Shown: positions 10,857-24,028, counted from the first letter of the stretch. The stretch: DNA of 25,735 bases from Tubiluchus corallicola (GCA_030141605.1 JAQGDQ010001780.1:1-25735), one strand, 5' to 3'. Numbers and translations: made by a program. The notes: generated by a model from the sequence alone, not told the origin.

Positions 10857-13277
10857 CTCCGATGTCACGTCGAGAACAAGACTAAACTCTGATGTCACGT
10901 CGAGAACAAGACTAAACTCTGATGTCGCGCCGAGAACAAGACTAAACTCTGATGTCGCGCCGAGAACAAGACTAAACTCTGATGTCACGTCGAGAACAAG
11001 GGATACCTAAACTCCGATGTCACGTCGAGAACAAGACTAAACTCTGATGTCACGTCGAGAACAAGACTAAACTCTGATGTCGCGCCGAGAACAAGACTAA
11101 ACTCTGATGTCGCGCCGAGAAAAAGACTAAACTCTGATGTCGCGCCGAGAATAAGGGATACCTAAACTCTGATGTCACGTCGAGAACAAGACTAAACTCT
11201 GATGTCGCGCCGAGAACAAGACTAAACTCTGATGTCGCGCCGAGAACAAGACTAAACTCTGATGTCGCGCCGAGAACAAGACTAAACTCTGATGTCGCGC
11301 CGAGAACAAGACTAAACTCCGATGTCGCGTCGAGAACAAGACTAAACTCTGATGTCACGTCGAGAACAAGACTAAACTCTGATGTCACGCCGAGAATAAG
11401 ACTAAACTCTGATGTCGCGCCGAGAACAAGACTAAACTCTGATATCGCGCCGAGAACAAGACTAAACTCTGATGTCGCGTCGAGAACAAGACTAAACTCT
11501 GATGTCAGGTCGAGAACAAGACTAAACTCTGATGTCACGTCGAGAACAAGACTAAACTCTGATGTCACGTCGAGAACAAGGGATACCTAAACTCCGATGT
11601 CGCGTCGAGAACAAGACTAAACTCTGATATCACGTCGAGAACATGACTAAACTCTGATGTCGCGTCGAGAACAAGACTAAACTCTGATATCACGTCGAGA
11701 ACATGACTAAACTCTGATATCACGTCGAGAACAAGACTAAACTCTGATATCACGTCGAGAACAAGGGATACCTAAACTCTGATATCACGTCGAGAACAAG
11801 GGATACCTAAACTCTGATATCACGTCGAGAACAAGACTAAACTCTGATATCACGTCGAGAACAAAGGATACCTAAACTCTGATGTCACGTCGAGAACAAG
11901 GGATACCTAAACTCTGATATCACGTCGAGAACAAAGGATACCTAAACTCTGATATCACGTCGAGAACAAGGGATACCTAAACTCTGATATCACGTCGAGA
12001 ACAAAGGATACCTAAACTCTGATATCACGTCGAGAACAAGGGATACCTAAACTCTGATATCACGTCGAGAACAAAGGATACCTAAACTCTGATGTCACGT
12101 CGAGAACAAGGGATACCTAAACTCTGATATCACGTCGAGAACAAAGGATACCTAAACTCTGATGTCACGTCGAGAACAAGGGATACCTAAACTCTGATAT
12201 CACGTTGAGAACAAGGGATACCTAAACTCTGCTATCACGTGGAGAACAAGGGATACCTAAACTCTGATATCACGTCGAGAACAAGGGATACCTAAACTCT
12301 GATATCACGTCGAGAACAAATGATACCTAAACTCTGATATCACGTCGAGAACAAGGGATACCTAAACTCTGATATCACGTCGAGAACAAGGGATACCTAA
12401 ACTCTGATATCACGTCGAGAACAAGGGATACCTAAACTCTGATATCACGTCGAGAACAAGGGATACCTAAACTCTGATGTCACGTCGAGAACAAGGGATA
12501 CCTAAACTCTGATATCACGTCGAGAACAAGGGATACCTAAACTCTGATATCACGTCGAGAACAAGGGATACCTAAACTCTGATGTCACGTCGAGAACAAG
12601 GGATACCTAAACTCTGATATCACGTCGAGAACAAGGGATACCTAAACTCTGATGTCACGTCGAGAACAAGGGATACCTAAACTCTGATATCACGTCGAGA
12701 ACAAGGGATACCTAAACTCTGATATCACGTCGAGAACAAGGGATACCTAAACTCTGATATCACGTCGAGAACAAGGGATACCTAAACTCCGATGTCACGT
12801 CGAGAACAAGACTAAACTCTGATGTCACGTCGAGAACAAGGGATACCTAAACTCTGATATCACGTCGAGAACAAGGGATACCTAAACTCTGATGTCACGT
12901 CGAGAACAAGGGATACCTAAACTCTGATGTCACGTCGAGAACAAGGGATACCTAAACTCCGATGTCACGTTGAGAACAAGGGATACCTAAACTCCGATAT
13001 CACGTTGAGAACAAGGGATACCTAAACTCTGATGTCACGTTGAGAACAAGGGATACCTAAACTCTGATATCACGTCGAGAACAAGGGATACCTAAACTCT
13101 GATATCACGTCGAGAACAAGGGATACCTAAACTCCGATGTCACGTCGAGAACAAGACTAAACTCTGATGTCACGTCGAGAACAAGACTAAACTCTGATGT
13201 CACGTCGAGAACAAGGGATACCTAAACTCCGATGTTACGCCGAGAACAAGACTAAACTCTGATGTCGCGCCGAGAAC
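10849..13277 (+). repeat. 30/35-bp CpG-rich minisatellite (~2.4 kb, roughly 70-75 units)
   Basis: 30-mer ACTAAACTCTGATGTCACGTCGAGAACAAG and 35-mer GGATACCTAAACTCTGATATCACGTCGAGAACAAG; found only in the spacer. Confidence 0.97.
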
Positions 13278-14336
13278 TCAAATTTAATTTCTGGTTCGCT
13301 AATTAACTAAAGGTGCCTAAAAATGTGTCCTTGAAAATGTTTATTATTAATATATGTTGTTCGAAGGGGTGATTCCTACATATATAGTGAATGAAACAAA
13401 TAAACAATAAATTGAAACATCATGATGTACTTATTTAAAATTCAACAGAAAATACAATTCATAATAAAAATCCTCTGAAAGTAAAGTAAAGATATTAGTA
13501 GACGTCACAGCAATAACAGATTACAATTCCAATATATCATTTTGGGAAAATTTATATTCCCTATAACGGGGACAAACTATACCCGTTTCCTACAGTGCAC
13601 TTATTTGTGGGAAAAAACTATATTAACTAAATCACTTGGTGTTTGGTGAGAAACCTGTGCTGTCTACTTTACGGCAGATCGAGTTTCTTCCAATTTCTTA
13701 ATTGCTGCCTCGGTCTTTATACCAGGCTTTATTCATTCAACACATTAAGTAGCTAATGGGACCACTGAGTCAAGTTTTGTATTTACATACTTGCACAATA
13801 GAACTACAGAAGTAATTGTGTACATACTTTTGAAGGCACTTCCTACAGTTATTTACATGAGGCAAATACTTGATTTGCTACTCGGAAATGTACTTCCGAC
13901 ATCTGGTATAAAAAAGAAAGGAATTCCAGATTAAATTCATGTACAGAGTTTTTCTTAGACCTGTTTCTTGCGACAGATGTACAAGAGAAAGGTAGTTTTA
14001 ATTAATAATAGCATACCATAGGTATGAATAACTTATTTTGCTCCTTTGTTCTTATCAAAACTAGTGCCACAAACATTGCAAACGCAAATGACTGTAAAAT
14101 TTTATTTCCTGTGTACAGTTTTTACTAAGAATCGTTCAATAATTGCTGCATACGTTCGAGAGGAACCTCTTCCACGAATATGGTAAAAACGAACAAATTA
14201 AAAACTTATGGAGAGATTTTCCATAAAAGCCTGTGGAGACGTTAATTATTTGGTGCGAGCTAATAAAATGAGAAAACGGAGGCGTGTTACTAAGTTTGTT
14301 CCTTCCCTAGAATTTAAACGCAGCAAAAATTATAAT

Positions 14337-14622
14337 TTACAGCAGAAACTGTACCATAACTTACAGCAGAAACTGTACCATAACTTCGGTAGACACTGTA
14401 CCATAACTACAGCAGAAACTGTACCATAACTACAGCAGAAACTGTACCATAACTACAGCAGAAACTGTACCATAACTACAGCAGAAACTGTACCATAACT
14501 TACAGCAGAAACTGTACCATAACTTACAGCAGAAACTGTACCATAACTACAGCAGAAACTGTACCATAACTACAGCAGAAACTGTACCATAACTTACAGC
14601 AGAAACTGTACCATAACTACAG
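14337..14622 (+). repeat. 23/24-bp minisatellite, ~12 units
   Basis: Unit (T)TACAGCAGAAACTGTACCATAAC. Confidence 0.95.
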
Positions 14623-15045
14623 TAGCTGCTCTCAACTCCACTTATTGTTTCACTGCGCATAAATTTTGCTGAAACCTGTGCACGCAGGTAGATTTATTGG
14701 TTGGCAGCGAGGTTTCATAACGTGTTGCGGTATTAATAGATACACGCTACGATGAATAACATCAGGTGTTTGGTGCCCAAAATTATAGAACAAATCGAGG
14801 CAAACTTTATTTCGTCTCTGTTTAATGTAAAACAGGAAGGTTTTTAAAGGAGAAGAAATGGGAATTTAAAAGTGTATCCCAAAAAACTTTTCATACAAAG
14901 TTATATTGCTTAGTATATTTTGCTTACCGGTTTTAAAGGACTTTAAAAATACTGTTTAAGTATTCGGGCCGTCTGCTAAAACGGCGGTGCGTCACTATCC
15001 CAGCAGATATCCGCGGATACACCGACAGACATTATTGTTCTACAA

Positions 15046-15115
15046 CCTGGGTTCCCAACCTGGCGGAAATTACCCTCCTGGGGGTAATTTGGCTGTTTCT
15101 GGAGGGTAAATCAGG
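15046..15115 (+). mobile_element. Possible eroded 5' end of a hAT-Charlie-type element
   Basis: CCTGGGTTCCCAACCT resembles the Charlie-type terminus CAGGGGTTCCCAACCT; preceded by TTCTACAA (similar to the NTCTAGAN target) and followed by the palindrome AAATTACCC-TCCTGG-GGGTAATTT (15067-15090). No partner end found. Confidence 0.4.
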
Positions 15116-16110
15116 CGTATTAGGAAAACTTTGCAGATTGGTCTCATCTCGGAGATTTCAGCTTTTCCTGTCCTTCGATGGATCTGTACTCAACCCCAAC
15201 TCGTACACAATCGTTATCCCTATATCTGGGCTTGCTATCCCTATCATCCTTACTTGCTCCTTAGCAACGCACGTTTGCTCGTCATCAGCCAGTATGCCTG
15301 ACTCATCTCTACAGCTAATGTAGACGTTACATTACAAGACACATAATAAAAGACAATTAGCGAAGAGTGTGCTACGAATGCCATCATTATTTTTTAAAAT
15401 TTCGCGCAGTGTTATCGAAACTTGCTTCAAACCAGTTATCGTTAAAATGGCTGCGACTAACGGTCATCGTGGAACAAAACAAAATGATTTTTCATATCAC
15501 ACCCTATGCTGAAGTACGGTAAACGTAAACACATACACACGTATACATTTTAGCACCTATAATAGTGTCGAAGTGTTTCTGATAATAAAAGAATTTGTTA
15601 AAAACTTACTTAACCATGGCGAGCCCAACTATTGATGACATCACAACTTAACATAATTTTCAACAGCACAAACATTCCGTGAGCGTGTTGCACGTGTTTG
15701 CGAAAGCGAAAATTGAAGTACAGTGTTACCACTGTATCACATTCTTAGTGATATGTAAAATCTCCGCAAATTTAAAATTTAAAATTCAAATTTAAAGTTT
15801 AACGCTATCTTATACATGAGCTCTCGAACGTGTGTACTACGTCACAACCGAACACTTCTAAACTGAGACGTACAGCATCTGTTTTTTATGCAACACATTT
15901 CCGACATGTAGGCCAACGCGTTTCCCGTCTAACCAGCGAATAGCGAATGCGAACAGCGTATTTATATGCACTTTTATAAATATTTATATATGCATACGTA
16001 ATAATGTGTCTGTACTGTATGTTTGTTTATTTTCCGATCCTTTTTTCTGTTTACTACAGTTAACGTTAAATTGTCGTCTGCTGTTGTATGATGTATGTGG
16101 ATGTTTACTA

Positions 16111-16827
16111 TAGGTTTTCCCTGTCAAATATAGACCAACGTTAAGTCAAATGTAGATTTAGGTAATTCAAATGTGTCTTGGTAACTCTAATGTAGATTTA
16201 GGTTGTTCAATGGTTTTCAAGAAATATTAAACGTTTTTGGTAAGTCAAATGTAGACACATGTCAAGTCAAATGTGACATTGGTATCTGAAATGTGGATAG
16301 GTAGTAAAGCTTAAGGATGTTAAATTTAATCTCCTTTAATCTCAATTTAATAACTGCTGTGAAAATAATAACTTTATAGGCCTACTAATAGTTCACTAAT
16401 ATTCTGTAAACTTTACATACCATTGGAACTGTTAGAGAAAACAATACATTCTTAAAATAAACAATGTTTCTTGAGAGAAACTAATTCATTAATGCAGGGT
16501 TAATGCAGTACTTAAAAAACTAATTAGTGATTCACTGTTCATTGGGAAGTGGGAACCAATTTATTCTTTTCTGCCGACATTTTTTGTAGAACGTTGGCAA
16601 ATAAAATGTAGAATTCTATGGTTATGGTTTATCAAAAAATTCAGTTTGAGGATAAACAACGCATTTTTAAAAGTTATGAAAGAGGTGATGACTATCTTTG
16701 GTTTATCTTTTTGTAATTTGCACTTAGATCAGTTAATTACCGATTTATTCAAAGTAATGCATCTACATTTGACTTACCTAAGTCACATTTGAACTTTAGT
16801 GTGTCTACATTTGATGTGTGAAACCTA
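16111..16827. mobile_element. Same MITE family, long form (717 bp), complete
   Basis: TA-TAGGTTTTCCCTGTCAAATATAGAC ... GTCTACATTTGATGTGTGAAACCTA-TA; shares terminal sub-repeats with the short form and carries ~480 bp of extra AT-rich internal sequence. Confidence 0.8.
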
Positions 16828-17637
16828 TAATACATTTTATTAACATTCCCGCAAGCCATAAATGCTTTTTGGTCCCCAAAAATGTTAAATATTAATTTAT
16901 TAATTATTTGAACTTTGAATTTCTATAAATCTTTCTTTCTGCACATGTATCAATTATTTTAATAATTTTAATAATTTATTTACATTGATTGATTGAAAAG
17001 CAACTGCCTTGTAGGGCTTCACGAAGACGATTTCAATCATTGTGTCTGTTCTTTCTCCAATCATAGTCCTCATTTGAGGATTCAAGTTTTTTTTGTAACG
17101 CATGTTTCTCCAATTTCCTCGATTCAGCGAATTGCTTTGCATGGTTGCACTTTATCTCGGCTGCATCCTCCTTAAAGTTGTTTCAGCGTACTACATTTAC
17201 ATGTAAGTGACATATTACTCGAGAAATCCTCAAGGAGCTTTCTGTCTTGCAGAAGAACTTGCAGTTTGGTTCACACCACTTGTCTCTTGCACGTGCATGC
17301 GTGCGTGTAGGTTGGCGTGTGTACTGTAATCATTCAAAACACAGAAATCGTTAGTTTGGATCAATATCTTTCAGTGAAGATACGCTATGTTTGACAGTAG
17401 GCTTGTTCGCTGATTTGCTCGCATGGCTTGGTCAGCGTTATGGAAAAGTAAACGTTTCACGTTTTTTGCGTTTAATAATGTCGTTAGCACTGTTTTTGCT
17501 GCCATCTGGTAAAAGCACTGTAGAACTAATATCAGCCGGGTGTGCTTTTTCAGACATTGTGAATGCTGTGGACGATGTAACAGTGCTGCCTTTTTTGCGT
17601 TTAATAATGTCGTTAGCACTGTTTTTGCTGCCATCTA

Positions 17638-17898
17638 TAGGTTTTACATGTCAAATATAGACCTACGTTAAGTCAAATGTAGATTTAGGTAATTCAAATG
17701 TGTCTTGGTAACTCAAATGTAGACTTAGGCAGTTCAAATGTGTTAACAATGGTTTTCAACAATTGTCCTATGTCTACATTTGACTTACCTAAGTCACAAT
17801 TGAGTTACCAAAACACATTCGAAATTCCTATGTCTACATTTGACTTACCTAAGTCACATTTGAACTTTCCTGTGTCTACATTTGACGTGTAAAACCTA
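17638..17898. mobile_element. MITE short form, mirror copy (261 bp, internal deletion)
   Basis: TAGGTTTTACATGTCAAAT ... ATTTGACGTGTAAAACCTA at the same site as 9108-9415 but 47 bp shorter. Confidence 0.85.
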
Positions 17899-18590
17899 TT
17901 GTAAAAGCACTGTAGAACTAACATCAGCTGGGTGTGCTTTTTCGGACATTGTGAATGCTGTGGACGTAACAGTGCTACCTTTTTTGCGTTTAGAGTTCAG
18001 TTAGAGGCTGTAAGCATACGTTTGTGTTTTCCGTACAAATATTAAGTCATAAACTTGCTGATATGTCTGAAATATTTTCCTAGTTAGTAATGTGTTGAAG
18101 ATTCATGAAGCCATGTCTATAATTCACGCATGTTGTTAAATGCTGAGATTAGTATTATATAATATAGCTTGTATGGTCAGCAACAGTTTTTATTTAATAC
18201 TAAAAAGTCGTATTACATAAATCGGCAAACGCCAATCAACCAGTGGGGTCCACCTCCTAAAGGGCTGCTGTCATAAAAGAAATCCAAATATGTATGTGCG
18301 GTACGTACGTACGCACGCACGCATAGGTGGTGGGGGTAATTGTTGAACAACTGCTCGAGTTGGCCATGGTTTACGTCAGCCCACCTTATCTGTTGGTGTT
18401 GCAACTTGTTCCTAGACGAAAAAGTATATTCTCCAAGCAAACTTGCTCTTAATCTGAGATCTTCTGCCTTGAAGACTTTATTTAGATCTAAATGAGCAAT
18501 AACAGGCGCATATAACGCGACTCCGGAATTGTAAAGACGGTATTGCAAAGACCAACCTGTTATACCTTACCAAAAGGTTATAAAGGGATT

Positions 18591-18595
18591 AAAAA
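18591..18595 (-). terminator. RNA polymerase III terminator (T5)
   Basis: AAAAA on the + strand directly after the 3' end of the minus-strand tRNA. Confidence 0.75.
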
Positions 18596-18667
18596 TGGAG
18601 ATGCGGGGTATCGAACCCCGGGCCTTTCGCATGCAAAGCGAACGCTCTACCACTGAGCTACATCCCC
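18596..18667 (-). tRNA. tRNA-Ala (anticodon TGC), mirror copy
   Basis: Exact reverse complement of 8334-8405. Confidence 0.97.
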
Positions 18668-19182
18668 ACTTACTAAATCTCCGCTAAATGCAGCTTGCTG
18701 TCAACTTCATGTTTTCAGAATAGAAAGACATACGTAAGTTGCATATGCATATGAATATGTAAATTGAAGATACCTACATAAAACAAATACATTACTTAAT
18801 ATACATAAGAAGCCAATAAAATTAATTATTTATTTAAAAAAAATCTAAGTAATTGGCTTAGATGTAGTAAAACGACAAGAAGATTAATACAGATAATTGA
18901 TTTTGCCAAACACACGTCTGTTTTCTACTGATGTAGGACTCTAGCTGTTTTATGCAAAGTAACTTGCAGCGAAGGAAAGTGACAGTTTAAGGCGTGCTAA
19001 GTTTATCAAAACGAAATAGCCAAAAGTAAGAATACCATGGCTGTTACAGCAGAATAAACTTTGCAGGTTCTACTGACCACGACTCTAACTCCCTGGTGAT
19101 GTTCGTCCTCTTCGCGACGTTTAAACCACTTTTAGTTTAATTGCTGCGTTGAATTTGTATTGATTTGCCCACACGTCTAAGA

Positions 19183-20090
19183 GTGTTAACGTGACAGACT
19201 CCCGAGTACCGCAGGCACTTCTGCTCTTCTTTCTTTCACTCAGGCCTGTTGTGTGTCTGCCCTGCTTCTTAAGTCCTAATACTGTGTCAACGTGACAGAC
19301 TCCCCAATACCGCAGGCACTTCTGCTCTTCTTTCTTTCACTCAGGCCTGTTGTGTGTCTGCCCTGCTTCTTAAGTCCTAATACTGTGTCAACGTGACAGA
19401 CTCCCGAGTACCGCAGGCACTTCTGCCGTTCTTTCTTTCACTCAGGCCTGTTGTGTGTCTGCCCTGCTTCTTAAGTCCTAATACTGTGTCAACGTGACAG
19501 ACTCCCCAATACCGCAGGCACTTCTGCTCTTCTTTCTTTCACTCAGGCCTGTTGTGTGTCTGCCCTGCTTCTTAAGTCCTAATACTGTGTCAACGTGACA
19601 GACTCCCCAATACCGCAGGCACTTCTGCTCTTCTTTCTTTCACTCAGGCCTGTTGTGTGTCTGCCCTGCTTCTTAAGTCCTAATACTGTGTCAACGTGAC
19701 AGACTCCCGAGTACCGCAGGCACTTCTGCCGTTCTTTCTTTCACTCAGGCCTGTTGTGTGTCTGCCCTGCTTCTTAAGTCCTAATACTGTGTCAACGTGA
19801 CAGACTCCCCAATACCGCAGGCACTTCTGCTCTTCTTTCTTTCACTCAGGCCTGCTGTGTGTCTGCCGTGCTTCTTAAGTCCTAATACTGTGTCAACGTG
19901 ACAGACTCCCCAATACCGCAGGCACTTCTGCTCTTCTTTCTTTCACTCAGGCCTGCTGTGTGTCTGCCCTGCTTCTTAAGTCCCAATACTGTGTCAACGT
20001 GACAGACTCCCGAGTACTGCAGGCACTTCTGCTGTTCTTTCTTTCACTCAGGCCACAGTTTGCTGTGTTTCTCAAGTCCTAATACGGTGT
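19183..20090 (-). repeat. 101-bp tandem array, ~9 units (mirror)
   Basis: Reverse complement of the same unit; two units shorter than the left array. Confidence 0.96.
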
Positions 20091-20520
20091 GATCTTGTCG
20101 CATGAGCCAGACGCGTACGTATAAAACTCGCCGCGCGTACAATACATACGACGCGATTCTATGACACGTGATAGACGCATGTTTTAATCTCTATCGTAAG
20201 GAGGACGCAATAATTCTGGCCACTGAGATAGCTGGGATTAGGTCACGTGTTCACTTCGAAGAAGGAAAAGAACAGTGTTATCACCATGGCGACCTTTGTG
20301 GACTTGTGACAAAGTAAACGGGCAACAATGACATTGTTTAAACACTACGTGATTGTGAGACTGAATTTTATAAGTTTGTTGGTTTTTTTACAAATCATTC
20401 AATAGGAATTCAATGAACTAATCATTATGATCGGGACTTAAATTAATGGTGTCTTGATGTCAATTTTCATTTGGGTTTTTGACAATTTACAATCAGAAAA
20501 ATGATTACACAGAAATCGAT

Positions 20521-21168
20521 CAGGAGCGGAACTAGGGGGAGCGAGAGTGGGGGGGGGCGCCCCCCTGTCAAAATATGCGCCCCCCCACTGCAAAATCGGA
20601 CAAATATTTTTTGCAGTGAAAATTGCAGTTCGCATGTAATCATTTTCAATATGAATTAGAATTAGGTAAAAAAAAATGTTTGGTAGCTTCAGTGTGCGTG
20701 CAGACAAAACTCAGTGTGCATAGAGGTGCCTATCACAGTGTAGGCCTACAGGGACCACACACAGTCACAGGCTCTACACACAGGCCAACACAGCTATAGG
20801 ATGCTGGTGTGGTAGCGGTACCATGCTGAAATTTGAGACTTTTTGAACACTTTAGACTTTTTTGTCCAAGGAAGTATAGTTCCACATTATTTCCTGCGTA
20901 TTATTTTCTTAAAACTTGTGTGTGAAAAATTTCTGTAAATAACAATTTAGTTAGAGGCACATTAATAACGTTAGGTTAACAGAGAGTTAATTTTCTCATT
21001 ATTGCTCTCTCCGCTACGCCGTCCTACACACATGCTAATTATATGCCTGCATGCAGTATAAAAGGCGTTAAAATTGGCTTAACCATTATTTAACCACTTC
21101 GGATACCTCGCCCCCCCCAGAAAATTTTTCCGCCCCCCCCCTGCTTGCCACATCTAGTTCCAGCCCTG
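20521..21168. mobile_element. Non-autonomous hAT-type DNA transposon, mirror copy (648 bp)
   Basis: CAGGAGCGGAACTAG ... CTAGTTCCAGCCCTG flanked by AAATCGAT at 20513-20520 and 21169-21176. Same insertion site as the left copy. Confidence 0.88.
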
Positions 21169-21275
21169 AAATCGATGAAGTAAACTGATTTCTATTTTAT
21201 GAAGGAATAAATAACTTTGCCAAGACGGTTTTGATTTCTGTTGTAAAATTTATAGCGTTCTATACCAGGGTAATA

Positions 21276-22714
21276 TATACTACGTTGCCAGTCTATCTGC
21301 AAAGATAGCACACGTCGTAAGAAATACTAAGCAGACGGAGAATAAACTATAATACGTTGCCAGTCTATCTGCAAAGATAGCACACATCGTAAGAAATACT
21401 AAGCAGACGGAGAATAAACTATACTACGTTGCCAGTCTATCTGCAAAGATAGCACACGTCGTAAGAAATACTAAGCAGGCGGAGAATAAACTATACTACG
21501 TTGCCAGTCTATCTGCAAAGATAGCACACGTCGTAAGAAATACTAAGCAGACGGAGAATAAACTATACTACGTTGCCAGTCTATCTGCAAAGATAGCACA
21601 CATCGTAAGAAATACTAAGCAGACGGAGAATAAACTATACTACGTTGCCAGTCTATCTGCAAAGATAGCACACATCGTAAGAAATACTAAGCAGACGGAG
21701 AATAAACTATACTACGTTGCCAGTCTATCTGCAAAGATAGCACACGTCGTAAGAAATACTAAGCAGACGGAGAATAAACTATACTACGTTGCCAGTCTAT
21801 CTGCAAAGATAGCACACGTCGTAAGAAATACTAAGCAGACGGAGAATAAACTATACTACGTTGCCAGTCTATCTGCAAAGATAGCACACATCGTAAGAAA
21901 TACTAAGCAGACGGAGAATAAACTATACTACGTTGCCAGTCTATCTGCAAAGATAGCACACATCGTAAGAAATACTAAGCAGACGGAGAATAAACTATAC
22001 TACGTTGCCAGTCTATCTGCAAAGATAGCACACGTCGTAAGAAATACTAAGCAGACGGAGAATAAACTATACTACGTTGCCAGTCTATCTGCAAAGATAG
22101 CACACGTCGTAAGAAATACTAAGCAGACGGAGAATAAACTATACTACGTTGCCAGTCTATCTGCAAAGATAGCACACGTCGTAAGAAATACTAAGCAGAC
22201 GGAGAATAAACTATACTACGTTGCCAGTCTATCTGCAAAGATAGCACACGTCGTAAGAAATACTAAGCAGACGGAGAATAAACTATACTACGTTGCCAGT
22301 CTATCTGCAAAGATAGCACACATCGTAAGAAATACTAAGCAGACGGAGAATAAACTATACTACGTTGCCAGTCTATCTGCAAAGATAGCACACGTCGTAA
22401 GAAATACTAAGCAGACGGAGAATAAACTATACTACGTTGCCAGTCTATCTGCAAAGATAGCACACGTCGTAAGAAATACTAAGCAGACGGAGAATAAACT
22501 ATACTACGTTGCCAGTCTATCTGCAAAGATAGCACACGTCGTAAGAAATACTAAGCAGACGGAGAATAAACTATACTACGTTGCCAGTCTATCTGCAAAG
22601 ATAGCACACGTCGTAAGAAATACTAAGCAGACGGAGAATAAACTATACTACGTTGCCAGTCTATCTGCAAAGATAGCACACGTCGTAAGAAATACTAAGC
22701 AGACGGAGAATAAA
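21276..22714 (-). repeat. 72-bp tandem array, 20 units (mirror)
   Basis: Reverse complement of the same unit; 1439 bp, about 20 x 72. Confidence 0.97.
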
Positions 22715-23194
22715 CAAACTTGACCTAGCACTAGCGCATAGTAGCACTATAAGAGTCAAAATTAGCTAACAAAAATTAGGAACAGGAAATGCCAAGTTTG
22801 TTTAAATAAACCTTCTTTTGTTTTTAATCTTCAGGCATCAAAACACTTGTGAATGTAGCTAATAACTTGTAAAGTAGAGATGTTTTTGTTGTCGAGAGTC
22901 TACCTGATGAAAAAATATGGCGAAATAAAGTTCTCATAACTTTTCAGCAATATTTTTCAAAAAACTCAACGCGTTGTTCGTCTAACGGCATATCTTTGTA
23001 TCACAACAGTATGGATAGTTTTATACTTTATTTATTCAAATACTTTGAGGCAGTATTAGAATTTCAAAGACAGAGAAAATCTGGCATGCAGCACTTAAAA
23101 AGCTTAAAAGCTTAAAAGTCTTGTTCTTAAAAAGGTGCCAGTAACACATAATACATATAATACACATTAGTACTACGATTAAATGTACAAGCAT

Positions 23195-23906
23195 ATGTAT
23201 ATATATATATATATACAAACAAAAAAAAAAAAAAAAAAAAATATGTATGTATGTATGTATATATATATATATATATATACATACATACATACATACATAC
23301 ATACATACATACATACACACGCACGCACGCACGCACACACACACACACACACGCACACACACACACACATATATATATATTCTTGTACATTTAATCGTAG
23401 TACTAATGTGTGTATAATATAATATATGTTATCTATAATATAATATGATATGATATGATATGATATGATGTGATATGACATGACATTACATCACACAACA
23501 TAACATAACATAACATCACAGCACATAACATCACATCACATCACATAACGTAACGTAACGTAACGTAACGTAACACAACACAACACAACACAACACAACA
23601 TAACATAACATAACATAACATAACATAACATAACATAACATAACATAACATAACATAACATAACATAACATAACATAACATAACATAGCATAACATAACA
23701 TAACATAACATAACATAACATAACATAACATAACATAACATAACATAACATAACATAACATAACATAACATAACATAACATAACATAACATAACATAACA
23801 TAACATAACATAACATAACATAACATAATGTATATATATATATTATGTTATGTTATGTTATGTTATGTTATGTTATGTTATGTTATGTTATATATATATA
23901 TATATA
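23195..23906 (+). repeat. Compound microsatellite: (TA)n, poly-A, (TACA)n, (CA)n, (ATATG)n, (CATAA)n, (TTATG)n
   Basis: Direct inspection. Confidence 0.95.
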
Positions 23907-24028
23907 CAGCAAGCATACAAAGAGTTTAATAGTTTACAATAAAGTATTACGATATAGATTTCAATTTTATTTCGCCTGTGAACCATAGCCTAATGGGTTG
24001 TGGAAAATAATCTGAACGTGCATTTTAA

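Noticed and set aside
10849-13277. 30/35-bp repeats as a CRISPR array; 172-aa ORF 11050..11568
   Set aside because: Units abut with no unique spacers, there are no cas genes and the context is eukaryotic; the ORF is just the 30-bp period read in frame.
13278-16110. Transposase or other cargo gene in the spacer; candidate splice acceptors at ~13903 (-) and ~14118 (+)
   Set aside because: Only short ORFs (73 and 61 aa) with no DDE, HUH or RT motifs; candidate exons are short and unrecognisable. Small exons cannot be excluded without RNA data.
23217-23241. Poly-A run as a retroposon tail
   Set aside because: Embedded in microsatellite, no upstream element or TSD, absent from the mirror position.
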